From assembly GCA_001768615.1 (NCBI GenBank), contig MELE01000135.1, positions 37,590 to 101,589 of the forward strand: a stretch of 64,000 bases of DNA, read 5' to 3'. Source of the DNA: Acidobacteria bacterium RIFCSPLOWO2_12_FULL_67_14b. Lineage in GTDB: Bacteria; Acidobacteriota; Vicinamibacteria; Vicinamibacterales; UBA2999. The notes under the pieces were generated by a model. It saw nothing but the letters and a program-made list of their open reading frames with translations. It searched no databases and was not told where the DNA came from. The position numbers and the translations under genes are program-made. Below are positions 44,151 to 55,809 of the stretch, piece by piece; the stretch's first letter is position 1; the number at the start of each line of letters is the position of its first letter.

Positions 44151-45029
44151 CTACACCGCCGCGAAGTGTCCCTCGGCGATCCGCCGGAGCGGCGCGTCGT
44201 GGTTCACGAGCGCCGGATCCAGCTCGATCCTCGCGCGCGGCGCGTCGGGATCGGGCGCCGGCACTGCCGACAAGAGCGCCTTCGTGTACGCATGCTGCGC
44301 GTTCTCGAAGATCTCCGCCGTCTTGCCCATTTCCACGATCCGGCCGAGATACATGACGGCAACGCGGCTGGAAATGTGACGCACCAGCCGCAGGTCATGC
44401 GCAATGAACAGGTAGGTGAGCTTCAGCTGTTCTTGCAGGTCCATCAGCAGGTTGATCACCTGCGCCTGGATCGACACGTCGAGCGCCGACACCGGCTCGT
44501 CGGCGATGATGAACGACGGGTTGAGCGCGAGCGCCCGCGCCAGGCCGATCCGCTGCCGCTGCCCGCCGCTGAACTCGTGCGGGTAGCGATCGAGATGCGC
44601 CGGATCGAGCCCCACCAGTTGAAACAGATCCGCGACGCGGGAGCGACGCCCGGTCCTGGTCCCGATCCCGTGGATCACGAGCGGCTCTTCGACGATGGTG
44701 AACGCCCGCATCCGCGGGTTGAGGGACGAGTACGGATCCTGGAACACCATCTGCATGTCGCGCCGGGCCGCGCGCATGCGCGCGCTCGAGAAGCCCAGCA
44801 CGTTTTCGCCGCGGAACCGCACTTCGCCCGAGGTCGGCTCGACCAGCCTCAGCATGCAGCGCCCGGTCGTGCTCTTGCCGCTGCCCGATTCGCCGACGAG
44901 CGCGAAGGTTTCCCCCTCCTCGACCGAAAAGCTCACGTCGTCCACGGCCTTGACCACGGTTTTGGCGCGCAGCAAGCCGCCGCCGCGTTCGAAGTGCTTC
45001 ACGAGGTTGCGGACTTCAACGAGGGCCAT
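44151..45029 (-). CDS. Oligopeptide/dipeptide-type ABC transporter ATP-binding protein (OppF/DppF-like)
   Basis: Start at [13 protein letters not shown]. Walker [10 protein letters not shown], signature [15 protein letters not shown] and Walker [13 protein letters not shown]. The ATG overlaps the upstream stop by 1 nt. Confidence 0.85.
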   Translation of the reverse strand: MALVEVRNLVKHFERGGGLLRAKTVVKAVDDVSFSVEEGETFALVGESGSGKSTTGRCMLRLVEPTSGEVRFRGENVLGFSSARMRAARRDMQMVFQDPYSSLNPRMRAFTIVEEPLVIHGIGTRTGRRSRVADLFQLVGLDPAHLDRYPHEFSGGQRQRIGLARALALNPSFIIADEPVSALDVSIQAQVINLLMDLQEQLKLTYLFIAHDLRLVRHISSRVAVMYLGRIVEMGKTAEIFENAQHAYTKALLSAVPAPDPDAPRARIELDPALVNHDAPLRRIAEGHFAAV

Positions 45030-46042
45030 CAGCGTGCGGTCCCCGCGGGCTCCGGGATCCGGGCGCCGGGATCCGGGGATGTATGCAAATAGCATCGCAC
45101 CGTGTGTTCCCGGTCGATCGCGGTGACCGGCGGGAACGCGGTGTCGCAGACCGCCATGCGCGCCGGACAACGCGGAGCGAACGAGCAGCCCGGCGGCAGC
45201 GATGCCAGGTTCGGCACCGTGCCGTCGATGGCCTTCAGGCGCGATCCGGCGCCACCGCCGGGGATCGACGCCAGCAGCCCGCGCGTGTAGGGGTGCATCG
45301 GGTCATGGAAGATCTCACGGACCGTTCCCTGCTCGACAATGCGGCCGGCGTACATGACGGCGACGCGGTCCGCGGTTTCGGCGATCACGCCGAGGTCGTG
45401 CGTGATCAGCAGCAGCGACAGGTCGAACTCGCGCTTCATGTCGCGCAGCAAGTCGAGGATCTGCGCCTGCACGGTGACATCGAGCGCCGTCGTCGGCTCG
45501 TCGGCAATCACCAGCGGCGGCTTGCAGGCGAGGGCCACGGCCATCATCACGCGCTGGCGCATGCCCCCTGAGAGCTGATGCGGGTAATCGTCGACGCGCT
45601 TCTCGGGATCGGTGATGAGGACCGCGCGCAGCAGCTCGACGGCGCGCGCCCGTGCGTCGCTCTTCGAGGCGAGCCCGTGCACGATCAGGGCCTCGGCGAT
45701 GTGCGCGCCGACGCGCATCACCGGATTGAGCGCCGCCATCGGCTCTTGGAACACGAAGCCGATGCCGGCCCCGCGCACGTGTCGCATTTCCGGCTCGGAG
45801 GTCGCGAGCAGGTCGCGCCCCTGGAAGATCACCTTGCCGCCGGCGACGCGGCCGGGCGACTGCACCAGCCGGATCAGGGAGAACGCGGTGACCGACTTGC
45901 CGCTGCCCGACTCGCCGACCAGGCCAAGCGTTTCGCCCTTGCGGATCTCGAACGACACGTCGTTTACCGCGACGACCGGCGTCGGCCGCACGTCGAACAC
46001 GGTCGTCAGGTTTTCGACGGCGAGTAAGGTGTCAGACACCAT
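45029..46042 (-). CDS. Oligopeptide/dipeptide-type ABC transporter ATP-binding protein (OppD/DppD-like)
   Basis: Start at [47 protein letters not shown], and a C-terminal Cys cluster CSFAPRCP...C. The C-terminal tail is encoded by CCGGG-type heptamers (45043-45077). Confidence 0.85.
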   Translation of the reverse strand: MVSDTLLAVENLTTVFDVRPTPVVAVNDVSFEIRKGETLGLVGESGSGKSVTAFSLIRLVQSPGRVAGGKVIFQGRDLLATSEPEMRHVRGAGIGFVFQEPMAALNPVMRVGAHIAEALIVHGLASKSDARARAVELLRAVLITDPEKRVDDYPHQLSGGMRQRVMMAVALACKPPLVIADEPTTALDVTVQAQILDLLRDMKREFDLSLLLITHDLGVIAETADRVAVMYAGRIVEQGTVREIFHDPMHPYTRGLLASIPGGGAGSRLKAIDGTVPNLASLPPGCSFAPRCPARMAVCDTAFPPVTAIDREHTVRCYLHTSPDPGARIPEPAGTAR

Positions 46043-46095
46043 GCCAGAATCTGCGTACGTGGGCGATATTTGTGCCGGAGGCACGCCGACACCAT

Positions 46096-47697
<1,602 letters not shown>

Positions 47698-47828
47698 GAG
47701 CGCCCCGAGGCGCGAGCCCAGGAGGCGGGCGAAGCCCGCCGACCCCTACGAGCGGCCGTGAAGGCCGCGAGTCCCTGTAAGGCATCCGCCCAAGTTGCAG
47801 AAAAAACACCACTTATAGCGTTCTGCCC

Positions 47829-47857
47829 TTGACAGGACCCCAAGGCCTTCATAAAAT
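47829..47857 (+). promoter_or_regulatory. Near-consensus sigma70 promoter TTGACA-17 nt-TAAAAT
   Basis: TTGACA at 47829-47834, a 17-nt spacer, and TAAAAT at 47852-47857. Points toward the CDS at 48019, implying a ~155-nt leader. Confidence 0.55.
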
Positions 47858-48018
47858 GGCCCCGATTTTCGCGACCGAATCGTCCCGCCTGATGCCGATT
47901 TTGCGCCCGATGCCAGCCCGCCGCCCGGTGGGGTCGCATGGGCAACTGCCGACGGTCCCAGCCGAACGGCGCACCACGGACAGATCGGAAGGTCTGTCCC
48001 ACAGGAGGGAGCCGTCCT

Positions 48019-48339
48019 ATGGATGATGTCGTTAACCGGTTCGCGCGAGAACTGGCCGACTCCATTGCCGCAGCCGTGTCCGAAAGCGCCGAAGTCGAAG
48101 CGTGCCGCGAGCGCGCCCGGGCCGCCGGCTACGAAATGAAGGTGAATCTCGAGGCGGTGGTGGGGTTCGTGAATCGCGGACAACCGCACGGCGACGGCGC
48201 CACGCTCCCCGCGACCATTGCGCCCGCGTCGAAGGCGCTGGTGCCACGCAAGCCCTTCGACATGACCGTCAACGATCGACGGTTCCTCCGCTCGCTCCGG
48301 ATTGCGGCGGAAGAGGCCAAGGTCGAAGAGACCAACTAG
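48019..48339 (+). CDS. Hypothetical protein (106 aa)
   Basis: Start at MDDVVNRF with GGAGGG 8 nt upstream. The upstream part of the track ORF (47938) lacks an RBS and reads as low complexity. Confidence 0.5.
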   Translation: MDDVVNRFARELADSIAAAVSESAEVEACRERARAAGYEMKVNLEAVVGFVNRGQPHGDGATLPATIAPASKALVPRKPFDMTVNDRRFLRSLRIAAEEAKVEETN

Positions 48340-48342
48340 CGC

Positions 48343-49092
48343 TTACGGCTGCCGCGACGCCTGCTGGGCGACCGCGGCAGCCGCTTTCTTCGCGGCTTCG
48401 GCATCCCCCAGGTAGTAGCTCTTCAGCGGCTTCAGGTTCGTGTCCAACTCGTACACCAGCGGAATGCCGGTCGGGATGTTCAGCTCGACGATGTCGGCAT
48501 CCGGAATGCCATCCAGATACTTGACGAGCGCGCGGATCGAATTGCCGTGCGCGACGATGATCACGCGCTGGCCGCTCCTGATGGCCGGCGCAATCGCCTC
48601 GTGCCAGTAGGGCAGGAACCGGGTCACCGTGTCTTTGAGCGATTCGGTCAGCGGCAGGTCCGCGGGTGGCAGCCCCTTGTAGCGCGGATCGCGCGACGGA
48701 TGCCGCGGATCGTCCGGCGTGAGCGGCGGCGGCGGCACGTCGTACGCCCGGCGCCAGATCTTGACCTGTGCTTCGCCGTGCTTGGCGGTGGTCTCGGCCT
48801 TGTTCAACCCCTGCAGCGCCCCGTAATGCCGTTCGTTGAGGCGCCAGCTACGCTGCACCGGGAGCCACAGCTGATCGAGCTCATCAAGGGTGATGTTGGC
48901 CGTGCGAATCGCCCGCGTCAGCACGGACGTAAACACGAGGTCGAAGGCGAAGCCGTCCTGCTTGAGCAGCAGCCCGGCCGCCTTCGCCTCCTCACGGCCC
49001 TTCTCGGTCAGGTCGACATCCGTCCACCCGGTGAAGCGGTTTTCCTTGTTCCAGGTGGATTCGCCGTGGCGCAGAAGCACTAATTTGTACAT
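48343..49092 (-). CDS. gpmA: 2,3-bisphosphoglycerate-dependent phosphoglycerate mutase
   Basis: [28 protein letters not shown]...ERHYGALQG...[13 protein letters not shown], canonical GpmA. Confidence 0.95.
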   Translation of the reverse strand: MYKLVLLRHGESTWNKENRFTGWTDVDLTEKGREEAKAAGLLLKQDGFAFDLVFTSVLTRAIRTANITLDELDQLWLPVQRSWRLNERHYGALQGLNKAETTAKHGEAQVKIWRRAYDVPPPPLTPDDPRHPSRDPRYKGLPPADLPLTESLKDTVTRFLPYWHEAIAPAIRSGQRVIIVAHGNSIRALVKYLDGIPDADIVELNIPTGIPLVYELDTNLKPLKSYYLGDAEAAKKAAAAVAQQASRQP

Positions 49093-49102
49093 ATCCAAAA
49101 AG

Positions 49103-49212
49103 AAACCACGAAGGTCACGAAGAATAAACCACGAAGATCACGAAACTCTTCTTCTTGTATTGCCAAGATGGCCCTTCGTGCGCTTCGTGGTGATCTTCGT
49201 GCTCTTCGTGGT

Positions 49213-49215
<3 letters not shown>
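49103..49215. repeat. Palindromic element: (CACGAAG-type) array, AT-rich centre, (CTTCGTG-type) array
   Basis: Left arm AAACCACGAAGGTCACGAAGAATAAACCACGAAGATCACGAAAC (49103-49146). Right arm CCCTTCGTGCGCTTCGTGGTGATCTTCGTGCTCTTCGTGGTTTA (49172-49215). Sits between eno and gpmA. Confidence 0.9.
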
Positions 49216-50586
<1,371 letters not shown>

Positions 50587-50594
50587 CTAAAAAG

Positions 50595-50704
50595 AAACCA
50601 CGAAGACCACGAAGAAAACCACGAAGCCCACGAAGCCACTATTCAAAAGACAGAAGAAAAAGACCTTCGTGATCGTCGTGGTGATCTTCGTGATCTTCGT
50701 GGTC
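50595..50704. repeat. Second copy of the CACGAAG/CTTCGTG palindromic element
   Basis: Left arm AAACCACGAAGACCACGAAGAAAACCACGAAGCCCACGAAGCC (50595-50637). Right arm GACCTTCGTGATCGTCGTGGTGATCTTCGTGATCTTCGTGGTC (50662-50704). Sits between glgC and eno. Confidence 0.9.
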
Positions 50705-50707
50705 TAT

Positions 50708-51982
50708 TTATCCCCGCCGATCGGCCTCCGCTTCCAGCTTCAGCGCCTCTTCCGAAATCGGCCCGACGTAGGGCTCGTCGCCGGGCGCCACGACCACCAC
50801 GCCGCCTTCCGACACCGTGTGGCGGCGCCCATCCTCTTCGGCGTTATAGCCGATGGTCGCGCCGCGCGGGATGTCGACGTCGCGGTCGACGATCGCGCGG
50901 CGGATCCGCGCGTGGCGTCCCACTCGCACTCCGGGCATCAGGATCGACTCGTCGATCGTGCAGAAGCTGTGCACGCGGACGTTGGGGCAGAGGATGCTGC
51001 CGTTGATCCGGCTGCCCGAAACGATGCAGCCTTGCGAAATCAGCGAGTCCTGCGCCTCGCCGCGCCGCCAGTTCTCCCCGAACACGAACTTGGCCGGCGG
51101 CGCCTGCGGCATGTAGGTGCGCAGCGGCCAATCCGGATCGTACATATTGAACTCGGGGTTCACGTGGCACAGGTCCATCTGCGCCTCGTAGTAGGCGTCG
51201 AGCGTGCCGATGTCGCGCCAGTACTTCGCCGCCTTCTTGTTCTCGTCGTAGAACGGATACGCGTACGTCCGCCCGTTGCCGATGAGCGCCGGGATGATGT
51301 TCTTGCCGAAGTCGTGCTGGCTGTCCGGATCGGCGGCATCCCTTTCGAGCGACTGGATCAACAGGTCGCTGTCGAATACGTAGATGCCCATCGACGCCAG
51401 CGCCATGCTGGGCTGGCCCGGCATCCCCGGCGGCTGCTGCGGCTTCTCCAGGAAGCCGGTCACGCGATCGGTCTCATCCACGGCGACGATGCCGAAGCGG
51501 CGGCCGTCTTCGAGCGGCACCTCGATGGCCGCCAGCGTGACCTCGGCCCCGTGGTCGAGGTGGAACCGCAACATCTTCTGGTAATCCATCTTGTAGACGT
51601 GGTCACCGGCCAGCACCACGACATACAGCGGCGTTTCTTGGACGATGGAGTAGAGGTTCTGGTACACGGCGTCGGCGGTGCCCTGGTACCACTGCTCGCC
51701 CACGCGCTTCTGCGGCGGCAGGATCTCGATGAACTCGCCGAGCTCTTCCGACACGACGTTCCAGCCCTGGCGGATGTGGCGGTTGAGCGAGAGCGACTTG
51801 TATTGGGTGGCGATGAAGACGTGGCGCAGTCCCGAGTTGATGCAGTTGCTCAGGACGAAGTCGATGATGCGGTAGGGGCCGCCGAAGTACACCGCCGGCT
51901 TGGCGCGGTCCCTCGTGAGGGGAGCCAGCCGTTCGCCGGCCCCGCCCGCCAGCACGATCACAAGCACGTCGTCGCGCAGCAT
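50708..51982 (-). CDS. glgC: Glucose-1-phosphate adenylyltransferase
   Basis: Start at MLRDDVLVIVLAGGAGERLAPLTRDRAKPAVYFGGPYRIIDFVLSNC. Canonical GlgC including the left-handed beta-helix C-terminus. Confidence 0.95.
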   Translation of the reverse strand: MLRDDVLVIVLAGGAGERLAPLTRDRAKPAVYFGGPYRIIDFVLSNCINSGLRHVFIATQYKSLSLNRHIRQGWNVVSEELGEFIEILPPQKRVGEQWYQGTADAVYQNLYSIVQETPLYVVVLAGDHVYKMDYQKMLRFHLDHGAEVTLAAIEVPLEDGRRFGIVAVDETDRVTGFLEKPQQPPGMPGQPSMALASMGIYVFDSDLLIQSLERDAADPDSQHDFGKNIIPALIGNGRTYAYPFYDENKKAAKYWRDIGTLDAYYEAQMDLCHVNPEFNMYDPDWPLRTYMPQAPPAKFVFGENWRRGEAQDSLISQGCIVSGSRINGSILCPNVRVHSFCTIDESILMPGVRVGRHARIRRAIVDRDVDIPRGATIGYNAEEDGRRHTVSEGGVVVVAPGDEPYVGPISEEALKLEAEADRRG

Positions 51983-52119
51983 GATGGCAGCCTCAGCACG
52001 ATACCACCGGGATGGTCGGTTTGGCGTGTAAACCTCTACTATCACAACCAGTTAGAGTGTTTGACTTGCCCTGTCTGGCACTCGTATGATCTAGCGATCT
52101 GTGCAGAAACCGATCGGTT

Positions 52120-52161
52120 GAAAGCTGAAAGCCGAGAGCTGAAAGCCGAAAGCCGAAAGCA
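52120..52161. repeat. Tandem heptamer array (GAAAGCC/GAAAGCT) x6
   Basis: Units GAAAGCT GAAAGCC GAGAGCT GAAAGCC GAAAGCC GAAAGCA, in the divergent spacer 20 nt upstream of the next ATG. Confidence 0.9.
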
Positions 52162-52180
52162 ACGCTTCTTGGGGGAACTG

Positions 52181-53191
52181 ATGATGGTATTTCGGCGTGC
52201 AATGGCCGTGGCAGTCGCGCTGGTGGTTTCGGCAACGTTTGCCGTGGCGCAGCCGGCTCCGAAGAAGGACGAGAAGAAACGCAGCAAGCAGGAGCAGCAG
52301 GAAATCGAGCAGGTGGTCAAGCTCGTGGACGGCGTCATGGCCGGCCAGCCCGCGCCCACCGACATCACCATGTCGATCGAGCCGTTCTTCATGAAGTCGC
52401 AGGAGACGCGCACGTTCGTGCCGTTCGTGCTGAACGTGACCAACGCGCCCAAGACCGACGCGGCGATGTACGTCCGCGTGGTCGACCCTGCGGCCGAGCC
52501 CGATCCCAAGGCCAAGCGCATCGAGTACCCGTGGGACGACATCCACTTCGTGCCCGCCGCACAGCTGGCCGGCGACAAGGTGATACTCAACCGCGTGTTC
52601 ATGGCGGTGGCCGGCACCTACGACGTCTACATCGCCTTCAAAGAACGGCTGCCAGAGAAGGCGCCGAAGAACACCGTGCCCAAGATGGGCGTGCTGAAGA
52701 CGCAGGTCACGGTGCCCGACTTCTACAACGCCGAGCTCAACACGAGCACGATCCTTGTCGCCGACACGGTGAACATGCTGACCGCGCCCATCGGACCCGA
52801 ACAGGCGCGCGAGCGGCCCTTCGTGTTCGGCGCGCAGGAGCTGCTCCCGGCCATCGACATGGAGTTCAAGAAGGCCGAGGAGCTCTCGATCTTTTTCCAG
52901 GTCTACAATTCGGGCCTCGACCAGACCGGCAAGCCGAACCTGGTGCTCGAGTACGAGTTCCACAAGACCGAGGCAGGCGCGGAGAAGTTCTTCAACAAGA
53001 CCAACCCGCAGGTCGCCAACTCGACGAACCTGCCGCCGCAGTTCGACCCGGCGAAGTTCCCGGTTCCGGGCGGAATCACGGTGCCGCTGGCCTCGTTCGG
53101 CGACGGGCAATACCGCCTCGCCATCAAGATCACGGACAAAGCCGCGGGAAAAACCCTGAACCGTGACGTGAAATTTACCGTAAAGGGATAG
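52181..53191 (+). CDS. Hypothetical secreted protein (336 aa)
   Basis: Start at MMVFRRAMAVAVALVVSATFAVAQ (signal peptide), followed by a beta-rich body. The track ORF from 50669 is an antisense shadow of glgC up to this ATG. Confidence 0.65.
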   Translation: MMVFRRAMAVAVALVVSATFAVAQPAPKKDEKKRSKQEQQEIEQVVKLVDGVMAGQPAPTDITMSIEPFFMKSQETRTFVPFVLNVTNAPKTDAAMYVRVVDPAAEPDPKAKRIEYPWDDIHFVPAAQLAGDKVILNRVFMAVAGTYDVYIAFKERLPEKAPKNTVPKMGVLKTQVTVPDFYNAELNTSTILVADTVNMLTAPIGPEQARERPFVFGAQELLPAIDMEFKKAEELSIFFQVYNSGLDQTGKPNLVLEYEFHKTEAGAEKFFNKTNPQVANSTNLPPQFDPAKFPVPGGITVPLASFGDGQYRLAIKITDKAAGKTLNRDVKFTVKG

Positions 53192-53269
53192 GCAGGAAGC
53201 GTAGACTCGAAATTGACGACCGCCCGCCTTCGACCAGCGCCCGGAGGCGGGCTGGGAGTTCACACAGCT

Positions 53270-55153
53270 ATGGGCACCCCCAGTCGCCTGTTCGCATCGG
53301 CGTTGATGCTCGGCCTTGCGGCACTGCATTCGTCCGCCGCCCAGGCGCAGGGCGTCTCGGGGTTGGGCTTCGAGCGGGTCACCAACCTGGCCTCCGCCGT
53401 CACCGGTCTCATCGAAGGGACCGTCGTGGATGAGGCGGGCAAGCCCCTCGATGGCGTCGTCGTTTCCGCGCTCGGCAGCACCACCGCGTTCGCCGTCTCC
53501 GACAAGGCCGGGCAGTTCACGCTCCGGCAGCTGCCTCCGGGTCCCTACCTGCTCCGCGCGTACCTGCCGGGCTTCCTCACCACCCGCAGCACGATGGTGA
53601 ACGTGCGGCCCGCCGTGAGCAGCGCTTCGACGTTCACGCTGCGCCGGGAGGGCAGCGCCACCGCGCCGCGTATCACGGACGCGGCCGTGGGCGCCACCGC
53701 CATCGGCGCGCCGCCGGCCGCCGCCAAGGCCGAAGGCCGCGACGACACGGATTTCGCGTGGCGTCTTCGCCACCTGAAGCGCGGCGTGCTGAAGGAAGCC
53801 GAGATCATGGCCGGCATCCCGCAGGACAACGACTGGTTCATCACCGATTCGTTCGAGTTCCTCGGCCGCGCGGTGGGCAGCTCCGCCAAGGCGGCCACGG
53901 CGCTGTTCTCGGACCTGTCGCTTGGCGGCCAGGTCAACCTGCTCACGACCGGTGCGTTCGACAACCCGTTGCAGTTGCTGCAGCTGGACCGGACGAGCAG
54001 CGTGGCGTTCTTCTCGCTGGGCGCGCCCGTCGGCGAACACGGCGACTGGACCGTGCGCGCGGCGATGAACCAGAGCGACCTGAGCTCGTGGATGCTCGCC
54101 GGCAGCTACGTCGTCAAAGCTCCGGTTGCGCACAAGTACCAGTTCGGGATGTCCTACAGCCTGCAGCGCTACGAAGGCGGCAACACCGCCGCGCTGATGG
54201 CGGTGGCCGACGCCGCCCGCAACGTCGGATCGGTGTTCGGCTTCGACGAGTGGAAAGTGTCGCAGTATCTCTCGGTCGGCTACGGCGCGACCTACGCGCA
54301 CTACGACTACATGCTCGACGGCGCGTCGCTGTTCAGCCCGCGCCTCTCCGTCACGCTGTCGCCGACGCCGAAGACGCGCCTGCGCGCCTCTGCCGCGCGC
54401 CACGTGAGCGCGCCCGGCGCCGAGGAATTCCTGCCGCCCACCTCGGCCGAATACCTGCCGCCGCAGCGGACCTTCTCGCCACTGTCGCATGCCGGTCTTC
54501 GCACGCAGGAGTTGCGGCACTACGAAGTCGGCCTCGAGCGCGTCATGAACGGCGCGACGATCGGCGTGCGCGCGTTCCAGCAGCGCATCGACAACCAGAC
54601 GGTCACCGTGTTCGGCCTGCGCCAGCTCGACACCGCCGCCTCGGCGCTCGGCCACTACTACGTGGGCGCGGCCGGCGACGCCAACCTGCGCGGTGTCGGC
54701 GTCACGTTCACGCACGCGCTGGCGGAGAACATCCGAGGCGTGGTCGACTACTCGCTGGCGACGGCCGACTGGTCGCGAACGACGCCGGTCGAGTACGCCG
54801 TGCTCACCACGTGGGTGCCCTCGGCCGTGCGATCGAACAACGAGCGCATTCACGACGTGACGACCTCGCTCGAAGCCGAGATTCCCCAGTCCGCCACCCG
54901 CGTCGTCGTGCTCTATAAGTTGAACAACGCGTTCGCATCGCGCGACGCGAAGACCGCCGCCTTCGATGCGCGCTTCGATGTGCGGATCAACCAGGCGCTG
55001 CCGTTCATGAACTTCCGCACGTCGCAGTGGGAGATGCTGGTGGCGGTCCGCAACCTCTTCCACGAATCGCTGGCGCATGCGTCGGCTTACGACGAGCTGC
55101 TCGTCGTCCGGCCGCCGAAGCGCATCGTCGGCGGGCTCACCGTCAAGTTCTAA
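53270..55153 (+). CDS. Outer-membrane beta-barrel protein with N-terminal CarboxypepD_reg-like domain (TonB-dependent-receptor-like)
   Basis: Signal peptide. IEGTVVDEAGKPLDGVVVSALGSTTAFAVSDKAGQFTLRQLPPGPYLLRAYLPGF is a carboxypeptidase-regulatory-like fold. C-terminal ...GGLTVKF has the terminal Phe typical of OMPs. Confidence 0.7.
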   Translation: MGTPSRLFASALMLGLAALHSSAAQAQGVSGLGFERVTNLASAVTGLIEGTVVDEAGKPLDGVVVSALGSTTAFAVSDKAGQFTLRQLPPGPYLLRAYLPGFLTTRSTMVNVRPAVSSASTFTLRREGSATAPRITDAAVGATAIGAPPAAAKAEGRDDTDFAWRLRHLKRGVLKEAEIMAGIPQDNDWFITDSFEFLGRAVGSSAKAATALFSDLSLGGQVNLLTTGAFDNPLQLLQLDRTSSVAFFSLGAPVGEHGDWTVRAAMNQSDLSSWMLAGSYVVKAPVAHKYQFGMSYSLQRYEGGNTAALMAVADAARNVGSVFGFDEWKVSQYLSVGYGATYAHYDYMLDGASLFSPRLSVTLSPTPKTRLRASAARHVSAPGAEEFLPPTSAEYLPPQRTFSPLSHAGLRTQELRHYEVGLERVMNGATIGVRAFQQRIDNQTVTVFGLRQLDTAASALGHYYVGAAGDANLRGVGVTFTHALAENIRGVVDYSLATADWSRTTPVEYAVLTTWVPSAVRSNNERIHDVTTSLEAEIPQSATRVVVLYKLNNAFASRDAKTAAFDARFDVRINQALPFMNFRTSQWEMLVAVRNLFHESLAHASAYDELLVVRPPKRIVGGLTVKF

Positions 55154-55174
55154 GAAGGCGCTCGGCTCGGTGGA

Positions 55175-55194
55175 GACAGACCTTTAGGTTTGTC
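55175..55194. terminator. Hairpin GACAGACC-TTTA-GGTTTGTC between convergent genes
   Basis: 8-bp stem (one G:U in RNA). The loop contains the stop codon of the minus-strand small gene. Confidence 0.35.
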
Positions 55195-55402
55195 CGTGCC
55201 GCCTCGCGCAGGCGCGCTCCCTTCGGTCGCGCGTGGGCTCCGCGCCACGGCGCTTCAACTCAGCCACGATACTGGCGGGAAGATCCGTACGGCACTTGCA
55301 TGCTTTCGAATGAGCGAGGTGCCAGGTGACCCGCTGACCGAGTGTGGCGTGCGCGGGCATCCGGTTTGCCTTGTGCCACGTCGCGTTGATTCGACTCGTC
55401 AT
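55184..55402 (-). CDS. Small conserved-looking hypothetical protein (72 aa) with H-x4-C-x-C motif
   Basis: WHKANRMPAHATLGQRVTWHLAHSKACKCR...IVAELKRRG resembles a small protein family I recall seeing widely, but I cannot name it. Confidence 0.45.
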   Translation of the reverse strand: MTSRINATWHKANRMPAHATLGQRVTWHLAHSKACKCRTDLPASIVAELKRRGAEPTRDRRERACARRHGQT

Positions 55403-55563
55403 TCCGACCGCACCTCCTCGCCGTCAGGCGGAAGTGTCTACTTTAGCGAGGGAAGATCACGGTGCCATAGAACTTCAAACGCCGGCGGCTCCACGCGCTG
55501 AAACGTGGAGACAACCTCGACCGCCGTATACCGGCCGTGGCACCGGTCGCGCCCCAGCTTTCC

Positions 55564-55636
55564 GCTGACAGCTTTCGGCTGAGACGCGCTGAGAGCTGAA
55601 GGCTGAAGGCTGAAGGCTGAAGGCTGAGAGCTGAGC
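55564..55636. repeat. Tandem heptamer array (GCTGAAG/GCTGAGA family), about 10 units
   Basis: Units GCTGACA GCTTTCG GCTGAGA (CGC) GCTGAGA GCTGAAG x4 GCTGAGA GCTGAGC. Confidence 0.9.
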
Positions 55637-55809
55637 CGCCAAGCCTTCCCTGGACAGAAGTTCAAGATTTCCACCGAAAACTGGCGCATACTGGTTTTTG
55701 GATCACCCGACCGACAACTTGGATACACGTGGCTTTTCGCGGCGACAGGTGGCGTTGAAGCACTTATTTATCAATGGTTTAGGGACCAGTAACGCGGCAG
55801 CCTCATGGT

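Noticed and set aside
47698-47828. Cobalamin riboswitch upstream of the B12-dependent mutase gene.
   Set aside because: I could not recognise a B12-box or the characteristic multi-stem layout in the minus-strand leader. Only two short GC hairpins are present. An Infernal scan would be needed to be sure.
50669-52180. N-terminal 504 aa of the 840-aa plus-strand ORF 50669-53191.
   Set aside because: It is antisense to glgC and to the repeat element. The real protein starts at the ATG at 52181 with a signal peptide.
55538-55554. Sigma54-like TGGCAC-N5-GCGCC upstream of the kinase/NtrC pair.
   Set aside because: The -12 region does not match TTGCW.
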